Of a stretch of DNA of 64,000 nt, positions 1 through 8,739 are shown one piece after another; the first letter of the stretch is position 1; the number at the start of each line of letters is the position of its first letter. The DNA is taken from the IMG/VR virus record IMGVR_UViG_3300029305_002894, positions 2,559 through 66,558 of that record. The stretch is one strand, 5' to 3'. The stretch is from a virus. Lineage: Duplodnaviria; Caudoviricetes. The position numbers and the translations under genes were made by a program. The notes beneath the pieces were generated by a model. That model saw only the letters and a list, made by a program, of their open reading frames with translations. It did not search any database and was not told the DNA's origin.

Positions 1-39
1 GAAATTTTAACAGAACAAAATGATTAAGGCGGTGTAAGA

Positions 40-2874
40 ATGGCAAAATCACAAAAAAATCAAACTTTTGTGTTAAAAATTAATACTGGATATCTATCTA
101 AGAATAATTGGCACCTAACACTTAAGTTAAGTGAAATTAGGAGAAGACCTCAGCTTGTAGTTAGCTTGGGGTCATCTCAAGTTCTTAGGTGGATGCCAGA
201 ATTAACTGGAAAACACGACGCTGATATTGAAGCGTCAAAGATTAAACAAGAAATTAAATACTTAAAAAAACAAGGCAATTCGTTAGAAAATAAGAAAAAA
301 ATTAGTCAAAAATACGATGAGTTGTATGAATTACAGTTTCAACCACATTATATGATGCTTGTTATGGATTCTACTAAAGATTACCAGTATGCGTACAAAC
401 ATGGCTTTTCTATCACGATTGATTATGGACATAAAACAGAAACAGTAGAATATAAAAGATTTCTTGGCACTGCTGGTTCTATAAAGAAAAGTACAATTAT
501 GTTTGTAAATAGAAATATTCATAGTCAATTGGTAGAGAGGATTAACAATGGACGTTACGAGGGACCACAAACAAACGAAGCGGTTAAAACTTACAATGGA
601 AAAGAATTGAATTATAAATTTATACCAGCTAAAATTAATGCTTATTTTGCTCTTCAGTGTTCAGCAAGTATACCCGTCCCTTGGCCTCGTGTTATTGTGG
701 TTGATGACGCTAGCACTAAATTCAGAGATGTTGTAAGAATAGTGAAGAATACTGGCGGAGAAAACCCAGAATGGCCTAGTGTAAGCGAAGCAAAAGAAAT
801 AGAGATTGAAATTAATACCTGTGATGGCATGGGTTTTATATCACCTGAGATGAGTGCTAAGTGGGCAGAGGCATTAAATGAGGGTTCAGAGCCTTTGTCT
901 GGGTTTAATACTCGTTGTGCTTTCCTAAAAGGTATGGTATTTACGGTTGATTTTAAAAAATTCGCAGAAGAGGTCGCACATACCTACATCATCAAAGATG
1001 CTTGGGGTGATGAGCGAGATGTTAGAGACACAGACGTTATTTTAACCGTATCAATGCTAAAACTATGGAACTCATACGCTGGATACGAAGATTATTACAA
1101 TAATTGTATGAAAAATGGGTATGAATTTTGTATAGCAAAGAGCACACCTCACGATCTTCGCAATGTTCATACTACTAATTATCAGTATTTACAAGATTTT
1201 CGCTTCACAGACAAGCAAATTGATGAACTTATAGAACCAACTGTGACAAAAATTAAGGACTGTCTTGGTTTAGACTGGCGAAAACTGATTTTATATATGT
1301 GTGGTTCAGGGCTAGACGAGAAAAATGTGTTACATATGGAGCCTATATGTAAGGCAATTATGGCTAATCCAGAGCTAATAAATGACCCTTATGTTAGGTC
1401 AAAGGTTAGTAGAATGATACAAAAACGCATAAATTCTGCTAAAATTGGTGTTTTAGATGTCAATGGAGATTATGCAATTGCTGGAAATGACCCATATTCT
1501 TTATTACAAAGCATTTTTGGGCTAGAAATTACAGGATTATTAAAAGCAGGAGAGTGCTACCATAAATATTGGTCAGATAATGGCGCAGAAGAAATATGTG
1601 TGTTTAGAGCACCAATGACTTCGATAGAAAATGTTTGTAAACTTAAAGTCGTAACAAGTCCAGAAATGGAAAAATGGTATCAGCATATTAAAACTTGTAT
1701 TCTTTTAAACAGTTGGGATACAACAGCGATTAGATGTAATGGAGAAGACTACGATTCTGATTCAAATTTTTGCACTGACAATAAAGTTTTACTTGAAGCA
1801 TTCGAATATAAAACAACTTTAATGTGCGAACAAGAAAGTAGTGTTAAAAAAGTGCCTACCGAAGAAGATTATGTTAAATCAGACATAAATGGTTTTGGCG
1901 ATTCTATAGGAAGTGTTACAAATAAAGCTACAAATATGATTTCTTTAAGAGAACAATTCGATAAAGATAGTGAGGAATATAAGCGTTTGACATATCGAAT
2001 AAGCACAATGATGAATTATCAACAGAATGCTATCGATAGAATAAAAGGCGTTGTTGCTAGACCTGTACCAAAAGAGTGGCTTGATTCACGTTTGTTTAAA
2101 ATTAAAGAAGAAGATGATGAAGCAACAATTCTTGATAAACAAATTAATGTAAATATAGCTGCGGAAGTTAAACCTTGGTTTTTTATTTATCGTTATTCTC
2201 ATTTAAAATCAGAATTAGATAAATATATGAAATCAGTAAAATCAAATTGTAAGATTCGTTTTGGTAAAAATTTAGACGAGTTATATGTAGATGATAATAA
2301 GTCGGAAGAAGAACAGCTTTTTATATATAATTATGAAAAATATATGCCAATTAGTAGAGCTCCTGGTACAATGAATCGTATTTGTTGGAGAATAGAAGAT
2401 GAATTTCAAACTACTGACGTGTTACCAGATGTTGAATTTGATTATTCGATATTAAAAAGCAATGCAGAGTACACAGAAGAAGAATATAATTCCATTAAGC
2501 AATTATACGAAGAATATAATGCTAATATGCAACTGTTTTTAAAAGGGGTTAAAAAGAATGACTCTCAAAAAGAAGAGCGAGATGCCTTTGTTGCACAAAT
2601 AATAGAAGAGTTTTCTAATGCTTGTTATACTGTTTGTCCCGATAGTGAGGTTTTAGCAAATATCATTGTTGATGTGTGTTACACAACTAACAAAAATAAA
2701 TCATTTGCATGGGAAGTAGCGGGAGAAGAAATTTTTAATAATGTATTAAAAAACAATGGATATGTGTTAAATATACCTATAAAAGATGATAATGGTGATA
2801 TAGAGTTTGGTGGACAAAGATTTGCGTTACAAACCAAACAGATTGGAGGTGGTTTAGATGTTGATTTTGAATGA
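40..2874 (+). CDS. yonO: YonO-like single-subunit DNA-dependent RNA polymerase (RdRP-related double-psi barrel family)
   Basis: 944 aa with CDGMGFIS, FRAPMT and catalytic-loop NGEDYDSD (DxDxD at 1747-1761) motifs; lies upstream of the late structural genes as in SPbeta. Confidence 0.85.
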   Translation: MAKSQKNQTFVLKINTGYLSKNNWHLTLKLSEIRRRPQLVVSLGSSQVLRWMPELTGKHDADIEASKIKQEIKYLKKQGNSLENKKKISQKYDELYELQFQPHYMMLVMDSTKDYQYAYKHGFSITIDYGHKTETVEYKRFLGTAGSIKKSTIMFVNRNIHSQLVERINNGRYEGPQTNEAVKTYNGKELNYKFIPAKINAYFALQCSASIPVPWPRVIVVDDASTKFRDVVRIVKNTGGENPEWPSVSEAKEIEIEINTCDGMGFISPEMSAKWAEALNEGSEPLSGFNTRCAFLKGMVFTVDFKKFAEEVAHTYIIKDAWGDERDVRDTDVILTVSMLKLWNSYAGYEDYYNNCMKNGYEFCIAKSTPHDLRNVHTTNYQYLQDFRFTDKQIDELIEPTVTKIKDCLGLDWRKLILYMCGSGLDEKNVLHMEPICKAIMANPELINDPYVRSKVSRMIQKRINSAKIGVLDVNGDYAIAGNDPYSLLQSIFGLEITGLLKAGECYHKYWSDNGAEEICVFRAPMTSIENVCKLKVVTSPEMEKWYQHIKTCILLNSWDTTAIRCNGEDYDSDSNFCTDNKVLLEAFEYKTTLMCEQESSVKKVPTEEDYVKSDINGFGDSIGSVTNKATNMISLREQFDKDSEEYKRLTYRISTMMNYQQNAIDRIKGVVARPVPKEWLDSRLFKIKEEDDEATILDKQINVNIAAEVKPWFFIYRYSHLKSELDKYMKSVKSNCKIRFGKNLDELYVDDNKSEEEQLFIYNYEKYMPISRAPGTMNRICWRIEDEFQTTDVLPDVEFDYSILKSNAEYTEEEYNSIKQLYEEYNANMQLFLKGVKKNDSQKEERDAFVAQIIEEFSNACYTVCPDSEVLANIIVDVCYTTNKNKSFAWEVAGEEIFNNVLKNNGYVLNIPIKDDNGDIEFGGQRFALQTKQIGGGLDVDFE

Positions 2875-3655
2875 AGAGAGATATGCTCAAAGTTTATATA
2901 ATGGAAACAACGATACAATTAAGTCAGTAGTAGCTAAAATTGGCTATCTTACAAGATATAATCTTTATTCTCTCGAATATAATGACGAGGATAATTATAA
3001 ATATACCGTGCAATGGATGAACGAAAACCATAGCAACTTTGATGAAAGTTATTATTCTAATTTGATTTCAGATGCTATTAAAAGGGCGCATAAAATTCCA
3101 TTTTATCATATTGAAAACATCAAAATTACCCAATCTGAGTTAGATTTGATTGTTTCTTTGGACAATTTAAGAGCAGAAAAGGTGTTATTTGTGTTGTTAT
3201 GTATGGCAAAACAGCAAAGCGTTATTAATGGGTTCACTAATGGTTTGGTTAGATATTCTCTTCCAGACCTATGTAAAACAGCAAGAATATCTGTACCAGC
3301 AGACGATAGAGAGTATATTTTATATAATATAGTACAAAAGGGGCTACTTGAGTGCCCCAAAAAGAACGATACTAAGTGTTTAATTGTTAATTTTATCAAT
3401 GAAGATAACGATGTGGTGTTAGAGCTTGATGAAACTGATTGTCAAGAGCTTGCTTATGTTTATCTTAATTGGAAGAATGAAGGAAAAGGATATACTAGGT
3501 GTCAACGGTGCAATAAGTTAATCAAACAAAGCAAAACTAGGCCACGTAAGTATTGTGAAGAATGTGCTGAAATAGTTGAAAGAGAAAATTCTAAAGAACG
3601 AGTTAGGCGCTATAGAGAAAAATGTAACGAAAATCTCACACAACAAAATGATTAA
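2858..3655 (+). CDS. Hypothetical protein with C-terminal C4 zinc finger and basic tail
   Basis: 265 aa; CQRC...YCEEC followed by KERVRRYREK; overlaps the RNAP gene end by 17 nt; RBS GGAGGT upstream. Confidence 0.7.
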   Translation: MLILNEERYAQSLYNGNNDTIKSVVAKIGYLTRYNLYSLEYNDEDNYKYTVQWMNENHSNFDESYYSNLISDAIKRAHKIPFYHIENIKITQSELDLIVSLDNLRAEKVLFVLLCMAKQQSVINGFTNGLVRYSLPDLCKTARISVPADDREYILYNIVQKGLLECPKKNDTKCLIVNFINEDNDVVLELDETDCQELAYVYLNWKNEGKGYTRCQRCNKLIKQSKTRPRKYCEECAEIVERENSKERVRRYREKCNENLTQQND

Positions 3656-3785
3656 AAAACAAGTAGGAAAAACCTAGGCGTATTTAATTTGGTAAAAAAT
3701 AGTGTCGAGATTTTCCTAATGGATATAAAGGAAAACGCTTAGTATTTTCCTATCAAAAATAAAAGAATTAAAAGGAGAACAAAAC

Positions 3786-4418
3786 ATGGAAGAAATTAAA
3801 CTCGAAGAATTACTCGAATGTGTTCCAGAAGGCATACCTAACATGCAACTACCAGACCCAATTTTAAGAAATCGCTACCGTGATGAGAAAGATAGAATAT
3901 TTTGGGTAGATGATCAAATTGACGCACCAACGCTTGATTTGGTAAAAATGATTATGCGTTGTAATAAAGAAGACAAAGGCATTTCCGTTGAACAACGTAA
4001 ACCAATAACGATTATGATTGATAGTCCTGGTGGTTCTGTAGAGGTGTTACTTACCTTAGTTAAGGCAATCGCCATTAGTAAGACACCTGTTAGAACAGTA
4101 TGTTATTGCACAGCTTATAGTGCGGCGGCCGATTTACTTGCTTGTGGGCATAAAGGATTAAGATATGCGTTACCAGGCACTAACATAATGATGCACGCAG
4201 GAAGTTGTGCTTATCAAGGTACAGCTCAACAAGTTGAAGCAGCAAAGAAGTTTTACGATGCAATGGGCAAAAGAGTTACTGACCATGTTTATAGCATGAC
4301 TAACATAGATACTAAAACGCAAAAGAAAATGAGAGACGATTATTATTTTAATGAAGAACAAGCTTTACAACTTGGTGTAATAGATCATATTGTAGAGGAT
4401 TTTGATGAAATAACGTAA
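3786..4418 (+). CDS. clpP: ClpP-like serine protease subunit
   Basis: IDSPGG, AYSAAADLLACG (nucleophile Ser) and IMMH motifs; 210 aa; RBS AAGGAG. Confidence 0.85.
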   Translation: MEEIKLEELLECVPEGIPNMQLPDPILRNRYRDEKDRIFWVDDQIDAPTLDLVKMIMRCNKEDKGISVEQRKPITIMIDSPGGSVEVLLTLVKAIAISKTPVRTVCYCTAYSAAADLLACGHKGLRYALPGTNIMMHAGSCAYQGTAQQVEAAKKFYDAMGKRVTDHVYSMTNIDTKTQKKMRDDYYFNEEQALQLGVIDHIVEDFDEIT

Positions 4419-4432
4419 GGAGCTGAGTTCAT

Positions 4433-5146
4433 ATGGCAAAAACAAATAATAAACAAACTGTAAAAGTAGACGCACCAAGAACACTAGAAGATCACCCTTT
4501 TTACGGATTAAAATTGGACGATGACCAAAAGATTTTTAGAGACGCTATTTGGAATCCTGAAAAATTAGTTGTTTTTTGCAATGCCAAGGCGGGTACTGGT
4601 AAAACATTAATAGCTACAGCGACAGCAGATTTATTGGTTCAGTATGGTAGATATGAAGGAATTGTTTATATCTCAGCCCCTACTCAAGAAGGAAAATTAG
4701 GTTTTTTACCTGGAGAAATCGCAGAAAAAACACTTATTTATAATGAGCCATTTTTTGAGGCTTTAGTTAAATTAAATATTAATCCACAAACAAAAGTTAA
4801 GCAATTACTTGATGTTGTAAATCTAAAAAACGGAGAAGGATACATAGAAGCAATAACGCACGTTTACCTTCGTGGTTGTAACTTTGAAAATAAGGTTGTA
4901 ATTTTAGATGAAACACAAAATTATTATTGTGATGAGCTTAAGAAAACTCTTACTCGTATGAGTGATAACTGTAAGGTTATTGTGATTGGACATAGCGGGC
5001 AAATAGATTTATATCATAATCCTGAAAACAGTGGATTTGTTCGTTATTTAAATCATTTTAAAGATGACCCAAGAACAGCAGTATGCGAACTTAAAACTAA
5101 TCATCGTGGTTGGATTTCAAGTCATGCAGATGATTTAGAATATTAA
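4433..5146 (+). CDS. phoH: PhoH family ATPase
   Basis: Walker A AKAGTGKT; LGFLPG, YLRG, ILDETQN, LTRM, GHSGQIDL and final NHRG motifs match the PhoH pattern. Confidence 0.9.
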   Translation: MAKTNNKQTVKVDAPRTLEDHPFYGLKLDDDQKIFRDAIWNPEKLVVFCNAKAGTGKTLIATATADLLVQYGRYEGIVYISAPTQEGKLGFLPGEIAEKTLIYNEPFFEALVKLNINPQTKVKQLLDVVNLKNGEGYIEAITHVYLRGCNFENKVVILDETQNYYCDELKKTLTRMSDNCKVIVIGHSGQIDLYHNPENSGFVRYLNHFKDDPRTAVCELKTNHRGWISSHADDLEY

Positions 5147-5160
5147 AAGGAGAAAAGATT

Positions 5161-5385
5161 ATGGCAGAAAAGGTAATCAAACAGATGAAAGTGAGTGCGA
5201 GTGGCATTCTTAATATCGAAGACAAAGATGTTTTGATTGAGGTAGAAGATGTTGGGACATTTAGTTTAAAGAAATTATTAGTTAATTTTGATGGATATAA
5301 AGTTAAACTCTCTTGTTCGTATGACGAAGAACAGAGTGTACCCGAAGAAGTTGAAGTAGATAAAGAAACTGGTGAAATAATTTAA
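5161..5385 (+). CDS. Small conserved phage protein (YonK-like)
   Basis: 74 aa, RBS AAGGAG; beta-rich GILNIED...LKKLLVNFDG pattern and position resemble SPbeta YonK (recall). Confidence 0.5.
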   Translation: MAEKVIKQMKVSASGILNIEDKDVLIEVEDVGTFSLKKLLVNFDGYKVKLSCSYDEEQSVPEEVEVDKETGEII

Positions 5386-5531
5386 ACACAATGGGCTGGG
5401 TGAAATTCCCTAGGTCCACCTACGGAGGGGATGTTCCCCTCCAAAATTAAACTACCATCATTGTAGTTTTTACTCTTAATTGGTGCAGGTGTAAATGTAT
5501 TAAACAGCCAAAATAATTTAAGGAGTGAAAG

Positions 5532-5636
5532 ATGATGTTTGATTTTAATACAGATAACTGTAATGCTTTAGCGCTTGCTTTATATTTACAGGTTCTTGCC
5601 GAATTAAATGGCAACAAACACAGAGATAACGATTAA
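5532..5636 (+). CDS. Putative 34-aa protein MMFDFNTDNCNALALALYLQVLAELNGNKHRDND
   Basis: AAGGAG RBS at 5520-5525, ATG 5532, TAA 5634-5636; below the ORF-track cutoff. Confidence 0.4.
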   Translation: MMFDFNTDNCNALALALYLQVLAELNGNKHRDND

Positions 5637-5659
5637 CTACAAATCTTTATCTTTTACAT

Positions 5660-5736
5660 TGCAGAGTAGAGAAGTTGGTCATCTCGCCGTCCTCATAAGT
5701 CGGAAATCATTGGTTCGAATCCAATCTTTGCACCCA
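5660..5736 (+). tRNA. tRNA with CAU anticodon (Met/fMet/Ile2 unresolved, atypical)
   Basis: Acceptor TGCAGAG/CTTTGCA, D-stem GAGA/TCTC, anticodon loop CT-CAT-AA, T arm ATTGG-TTCGAAT-CCAAT, encoded CCA. Confidence 0.8.
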
Positions 5737-5739
5737 TTT

Positions 5740-5815
5740 GGGGAATTAACTCAGTTGGCAGAGTGTCTGCCTTGCAAGCAGAATGTCGCAGGTTCGACTC
5801 CTGTATTCTCCACCA
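5740..5815 (+). tRNA. tRNA-Ala(UGC)
   Basis: Acceptor GGGGAAT/ATTCTCC with G3:U70; anticodon arm TCTGC-CT TGC AA-GCAGA; TTCGA loop; CCA. Confidence 0.95.
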
Positions 5816-5986
5816 TAAAGGAACTGATTTATGTGAAAAGCATATAGTCAAAGCTCTCTTGACGATAATTATAACCATCGGTTTAGCCGACTCTGCGGGG
5901 CGAGGTTGAGAGAAAGTGTGCGATAGCTACGGGGTATAATCAGAGATTTCACGGACGCAAATCTATCCTTAAAAATGTAGCAAATT

Positions 5987-6063
5987 GACCCATTGGTGCA
6001 GTTGGTTAACACGCTTGCCTGTCACGCAAGAGATCAGCGGTTCAAGTCCGCTATGGGTCGCCA
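5987..6063 (+). tRNA. tRNA-Asp(GUC)
   Basis: Acceptor GACCCAT/ATGGGTC, G73, anticodon arm CTTGC-CT GTC AC-GCAAG, CCA. Confidence 0.95.
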
Positions 6064-6066
6064 ACA

Positions 6067-6221
6067 AACACAATACAACGAAGAATATTGAGGTTAATGT
6101 ATTCTAAGGCAATTGATAGGGGTAACCCACCAAAGAGCTAATAGGATTTTTCTAATACTGAAATTGCATAGGTATTAGACTTTGTTGACCTAACTCTACC
6201 CAAGGCAATTAGTATTGTGTT
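6067..6221 (+). ncRNA. Candidate structured RNA between tRNA-Asp and tRNA-Asn
   Basis: Perfect 10-bp closing stem AACACAATAC/GTATTGTGTT enclosing several hairpins; family unknown. Confidence 0.35.
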
Positions 6222-6227
6222 AAATAT

Positions 6228-6302
6228 TCCTCTATAGCTCAGCGGTAGAGCCCGCGGCTGTTAACCGCGTTGTCGTAAGTTCGAGTCTTACTGGAGGAGC
6301 CA
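6228..6302 (+). tRNA. tRNA-Asn(GUU)
   Basis: Acceptor TCCTCTA/TGGAGGA, anticodon arm CGCGG-CT GTT AA-CCGCG, TTCGA loop, CCA. Confidence 0.95.
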
Positions 6303-6419
6303 AAAGGTATGGTTTTGTTGTTACGAAGCTATAGATTCACTTCTAGTTGGAGTGAAGTACGGGTTATGTTGAATAACTACTCTGAATCTGGATACTTAGA
6401 TATCTTGATTCAGATAAAT

Positions 6420-6496
6420 GCCCAGTTGGAGAAGCGGCTTAACTCACCACCCTTTCACGGTGGCATTCGCGTGTTCGAATCACGTACTGGGTACCA
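6420..6496 (+). tRNA. tRNA-Glu(UUC)
   Basis: Acceptor GCCCAGT/ACTGGGT, anticodon arm CCACC-CT TTC AC-GGTGG, T arm GCGTG-TTCGAAT-CACGT, CCA. Confidence 0.95.
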
Positions 6497-6575
6497 GGCA
6501 TAAAGTATATCGCTTGAAATAGAGTAGAACTTGTGAAATACGCCCCTATATACGGCGAGGAATAGTATATATTAT

Positions 6576-6651
6576 GCTTCGGTAGCTCAACTGGCAGAGC
6601 AGCTGATTTGTAATCAGCAGGTTGATGGTTCGATTCCGTTCCGAAGCTCCA
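6576..6651 (+). tRNA. tRNA-Thr(UGU)
   Basis: Acceptor GCTTCGG/CCGAAGC, anticodon arm GCTGA-TT TGT AA-TCAGC, TTCGA loop, CCA. Confidence 0.95.
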
Positions 6652-6715
6652 ATAATAAAAGTTGCACTTTAAATTGCACTTTAAATGATTAAAATAAAAG
6701 AAAGGAGAAGAAATT

Positions 6716-7042
6716 ATGACAATAACAAAAGACCAAATGGCAAGGGTGTTAGCTGAAAAAACTAACTTTTATTTAAAAGACATCAAAGATGTGCTTTCAG
6801 CAATGGACGACTATGTAAAAGAAGTTTTTGCGGAAGTTACTGACGACGAAGAAATTTCTATTAGAATAGTAGAAGGTATCGCTGTCGGCTGTAAGGTGAT
6901 ACCAGAAAGAGAGCGTGTCAACCCTCAAGACCAATCACCAGTCATTGTTAAAGCTACTGTAAAACCTTTTGCGAAGTTTAGTGATGTCTTTAGGAGCACC
7001 ATCCAAAAAAATTATGAACGTAAAAAATCAGAGGACGCATAA
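6716..7042 (+). CDS. HU/IHF-like histone-like DNA-binding protein
   Basis: 108 aa; N-terminal helices (TKDQMARVLAEKT) and arm motif ERERVNPQ...PVIVKA..KPFAKFS. Confidence 0.7.
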   Translation: MTITKDQMARVLAEKTNFYLKDIKDVLSAMDDYVKEVFAEVTDDEEISIRIVEGIAVGCKVIPERERVNPQDQSPVIVKATVKPFAKFSDVFRSTIQKNYERKKSEDA

Positions 7043-7060
7043 TATTATGTGTTCTCTTTT
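7030..7060 (+). terminator. Intrinsic terminator
   Basis: AGAGGACGCATA-ATAT-TATGTGTTCTCT hairpin followed by a T-run at the end of the HU-like gene. Confidence 0.6.
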
Positions 7061-7093
7061 TATATATAGAAGAATTTATGAGGAGAAAATTTT

Positions 7094-8317
7094 ATGAAAG
7101 AAAAAATTAAACAAATAATAGAAGGTAAAGACGAATACAAAGCACTATGGGATGTAGGTAAAGCAAAAGACGCAGGTTTATTAGAAGACATCACGTGGCC
7201 CGAAATAGCCGAAGTTTTTAACAAACAATACCGTGAAGACGAAACTTGTTATTATGATTCGAGTGCGTATAGGAAGAAATATAGAAACTATATAGACGCT
7301 TACGAGCAGTTATTTAGTAAAGATAATTTTACTGAAAAACAAAATTCCGAATATGTGGCTCAAAAAAGAGAATTGCAAAAATTAAAAATTCAAATTCAAA
7401 CTGAAAAACTTGAGAATAACAAATGGCTTCGTGAATATGCTAGAGACGAATTAATTGCAGAGCATATTTGTAGTGCAATTAAAGAACTCAAACCATTAAG
7501 TATTCCAAAGTGTAGAAATATTGGTGCAAAACCTAAAAGTGCCATTTTGGGTTTTGGCGATGAACATTTTGGTACAGAGTTTACTATATATGGACTTTAT
7601 GGTGAAGTTATCAACTCTTATAGTCCAGAAATATTTGAGCAAAGAATGTGGGATTTATTTTATAAAGTATTAGAAATTGTAGAAAAAGAAGATATTGAAT
7701 TATTACATATTTTTGCACTTGGGGATTTTACAGATGGTGTGCTTCGCTGTAGTCAGTTAATGAAATTAAGATATGGGGTTGTTGAAGGTACCGTAAAATA
7801 TGCTGATTTTATTTCAACTTGGCTTAATGAATTATCTAAACATGTAAATATTAGATATCAAATGACCTTTGGGAATCATAGCGAGCTGCGCATGTTAAAT
7901 CAGCCAAAAGGCACTTTCAAAGATGAAAATACTGGTTTGTTTGTTAGAGAGATGATTAAAACTCGTCTTGAAAATAATCCTAATTTTGAAATGATTATTA
8001 ATCCAACAGGATTGATATTTGATAAAGTAGCTGGTTTAAATGTTTTAGCCATACATGGCGAAGTTAAGGATATGGAAAGGGCAATGAAAGATTTTTCTAG
8101 TACATACAACACAGATATTTCAATTCTTATTGGTGGGCATATGCATCACTATAAAGCAGAAGTTGTTGGTGTTAATAGAGAAGTTGTTAACGTGCCTTCG
8201 ATTATTGGTATAGATGATTATTCGATGTCTTTAAACAAAACATCTAATCCAGGTGCAACACTTTTAATGGTCGAGCAAGATGCAGGAATTAGTGTTGAGT
8301 ATAAAATTAAACTTTAA
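7094..8317 (+). CDS. Calcineurin-like metallophosphoesterase (YonJ-like)
   Basis: GDEHFG, GDFTDG, GNHS, IHG and GHMH metal-binding motifs after an N-terminal coiled-coil region. Confidence 0.75.
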   Translation: MKEKIKQIIEGKDEYKALWDVGKAKDAGLLEDITWPEIAEVFNKQYREDETCYYDSSAYRKKYRNYIDAYEQLFSKDNFTEKQNSEYVAQKRELQKLKIQIQTEKLENNKWLREYARDELIAEHICSAIKELKPLSIPKCRNIGAKPKSAILGFGDEHFGTEFTIYGLYGEVINSYSPEIFEQRMWDLFYKVLEIVEKEDIELLHIFALGDFTDGVLRCSQLMKLRYGVVEGTVKYADFISTWLNELSKHVNIRYQMTFGNHSELRMLNQPKGTFKDENTGLFVREMIKTRLENNPNFEMIINPTGLIFDKVAGLNVLAIHGEVKDMERAMKDFSSTYNTDISILIGGHMHHYKAEVVGVNREVVNVPSIIGIDDYSMSLNKTSNPGATLLMVEQDAGISVEYKIKL

Positions 8318-8391
8318 TATATAACATTTTTATTACATCATTAACATTCAAAATGTTATATATATAAAATAAATGTTAAACAAAACAAAAT

Positions 8392-8426
8392 GATTGCAAC
8401 TGTTTTTGGTTGCAATCTTTGTTTTT
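8392..8426 (+). terminator. Intrinsic terminator-like hairpin
   Basis: GATTGCAAC-N8-GTTGCAATC (9-bp stem) then TTTGTTTTT. Confidence 0.55.
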
Positions 8427-8462
8427 AACTAAAAATGATTAACTAAAAAGGAAGAGAAAATT

Positions 8463-8702
8463 ATGGAAAACAAAAATGTAAAAAGTAAACTATGTTTTGA
8501 CATGCGTGTATGTCGTAAGCTTATTCATATGGGTTGCAATGTAATTGATTGCAAACCTTTAAAAACAGATAAAACAAGAACAGTTCTTGTTTTTGAAGAC
8601 AATGAATTGTTCCAAAAGGCTTTTGAAGAAGTTACAGCTGAGTTTAAGGCCAAAGATGAACTTAAAAAATCACAAGAAGAAAAACCAGAAATGATAGACT
8701 AA
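8463..8702 (+). CDS. Small conserved phage hypothetical protein
   Basis: 79 aa, RBS AAGGAAG; family not identified. Confidence 0.55.
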   Translation: MENKNVKSKLCFDMRVCRKLIHMGCNVIDCKPLKTDKTRTVLVFEDNELFQKAFEEVTAEFKAKDELKKSQEEKPEMID

Positions 8703-8739
8703 TGTCGTAGCGACAAATCTATAAAGGAGGTGGACGCTT

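Noticed and set aside
5393-5420. FMN riboswitch
   Set aside because: Only the P2-like hairpin is present; the other aptamer elements and rib genes are absent.
5608-6503. ORF-track calls 5608-5847, 5693-5878 and 6309-6503
   Set aside because: They overlap well-formed tRNA genes.
6497-6575. Possible ribozyme in the Glu-Thr tRNA spacer
   Set aside because: Only a short CGCC/GGCG hairpin and weak AT-rich pairing; no hammerhead or other catalytic core recognised.
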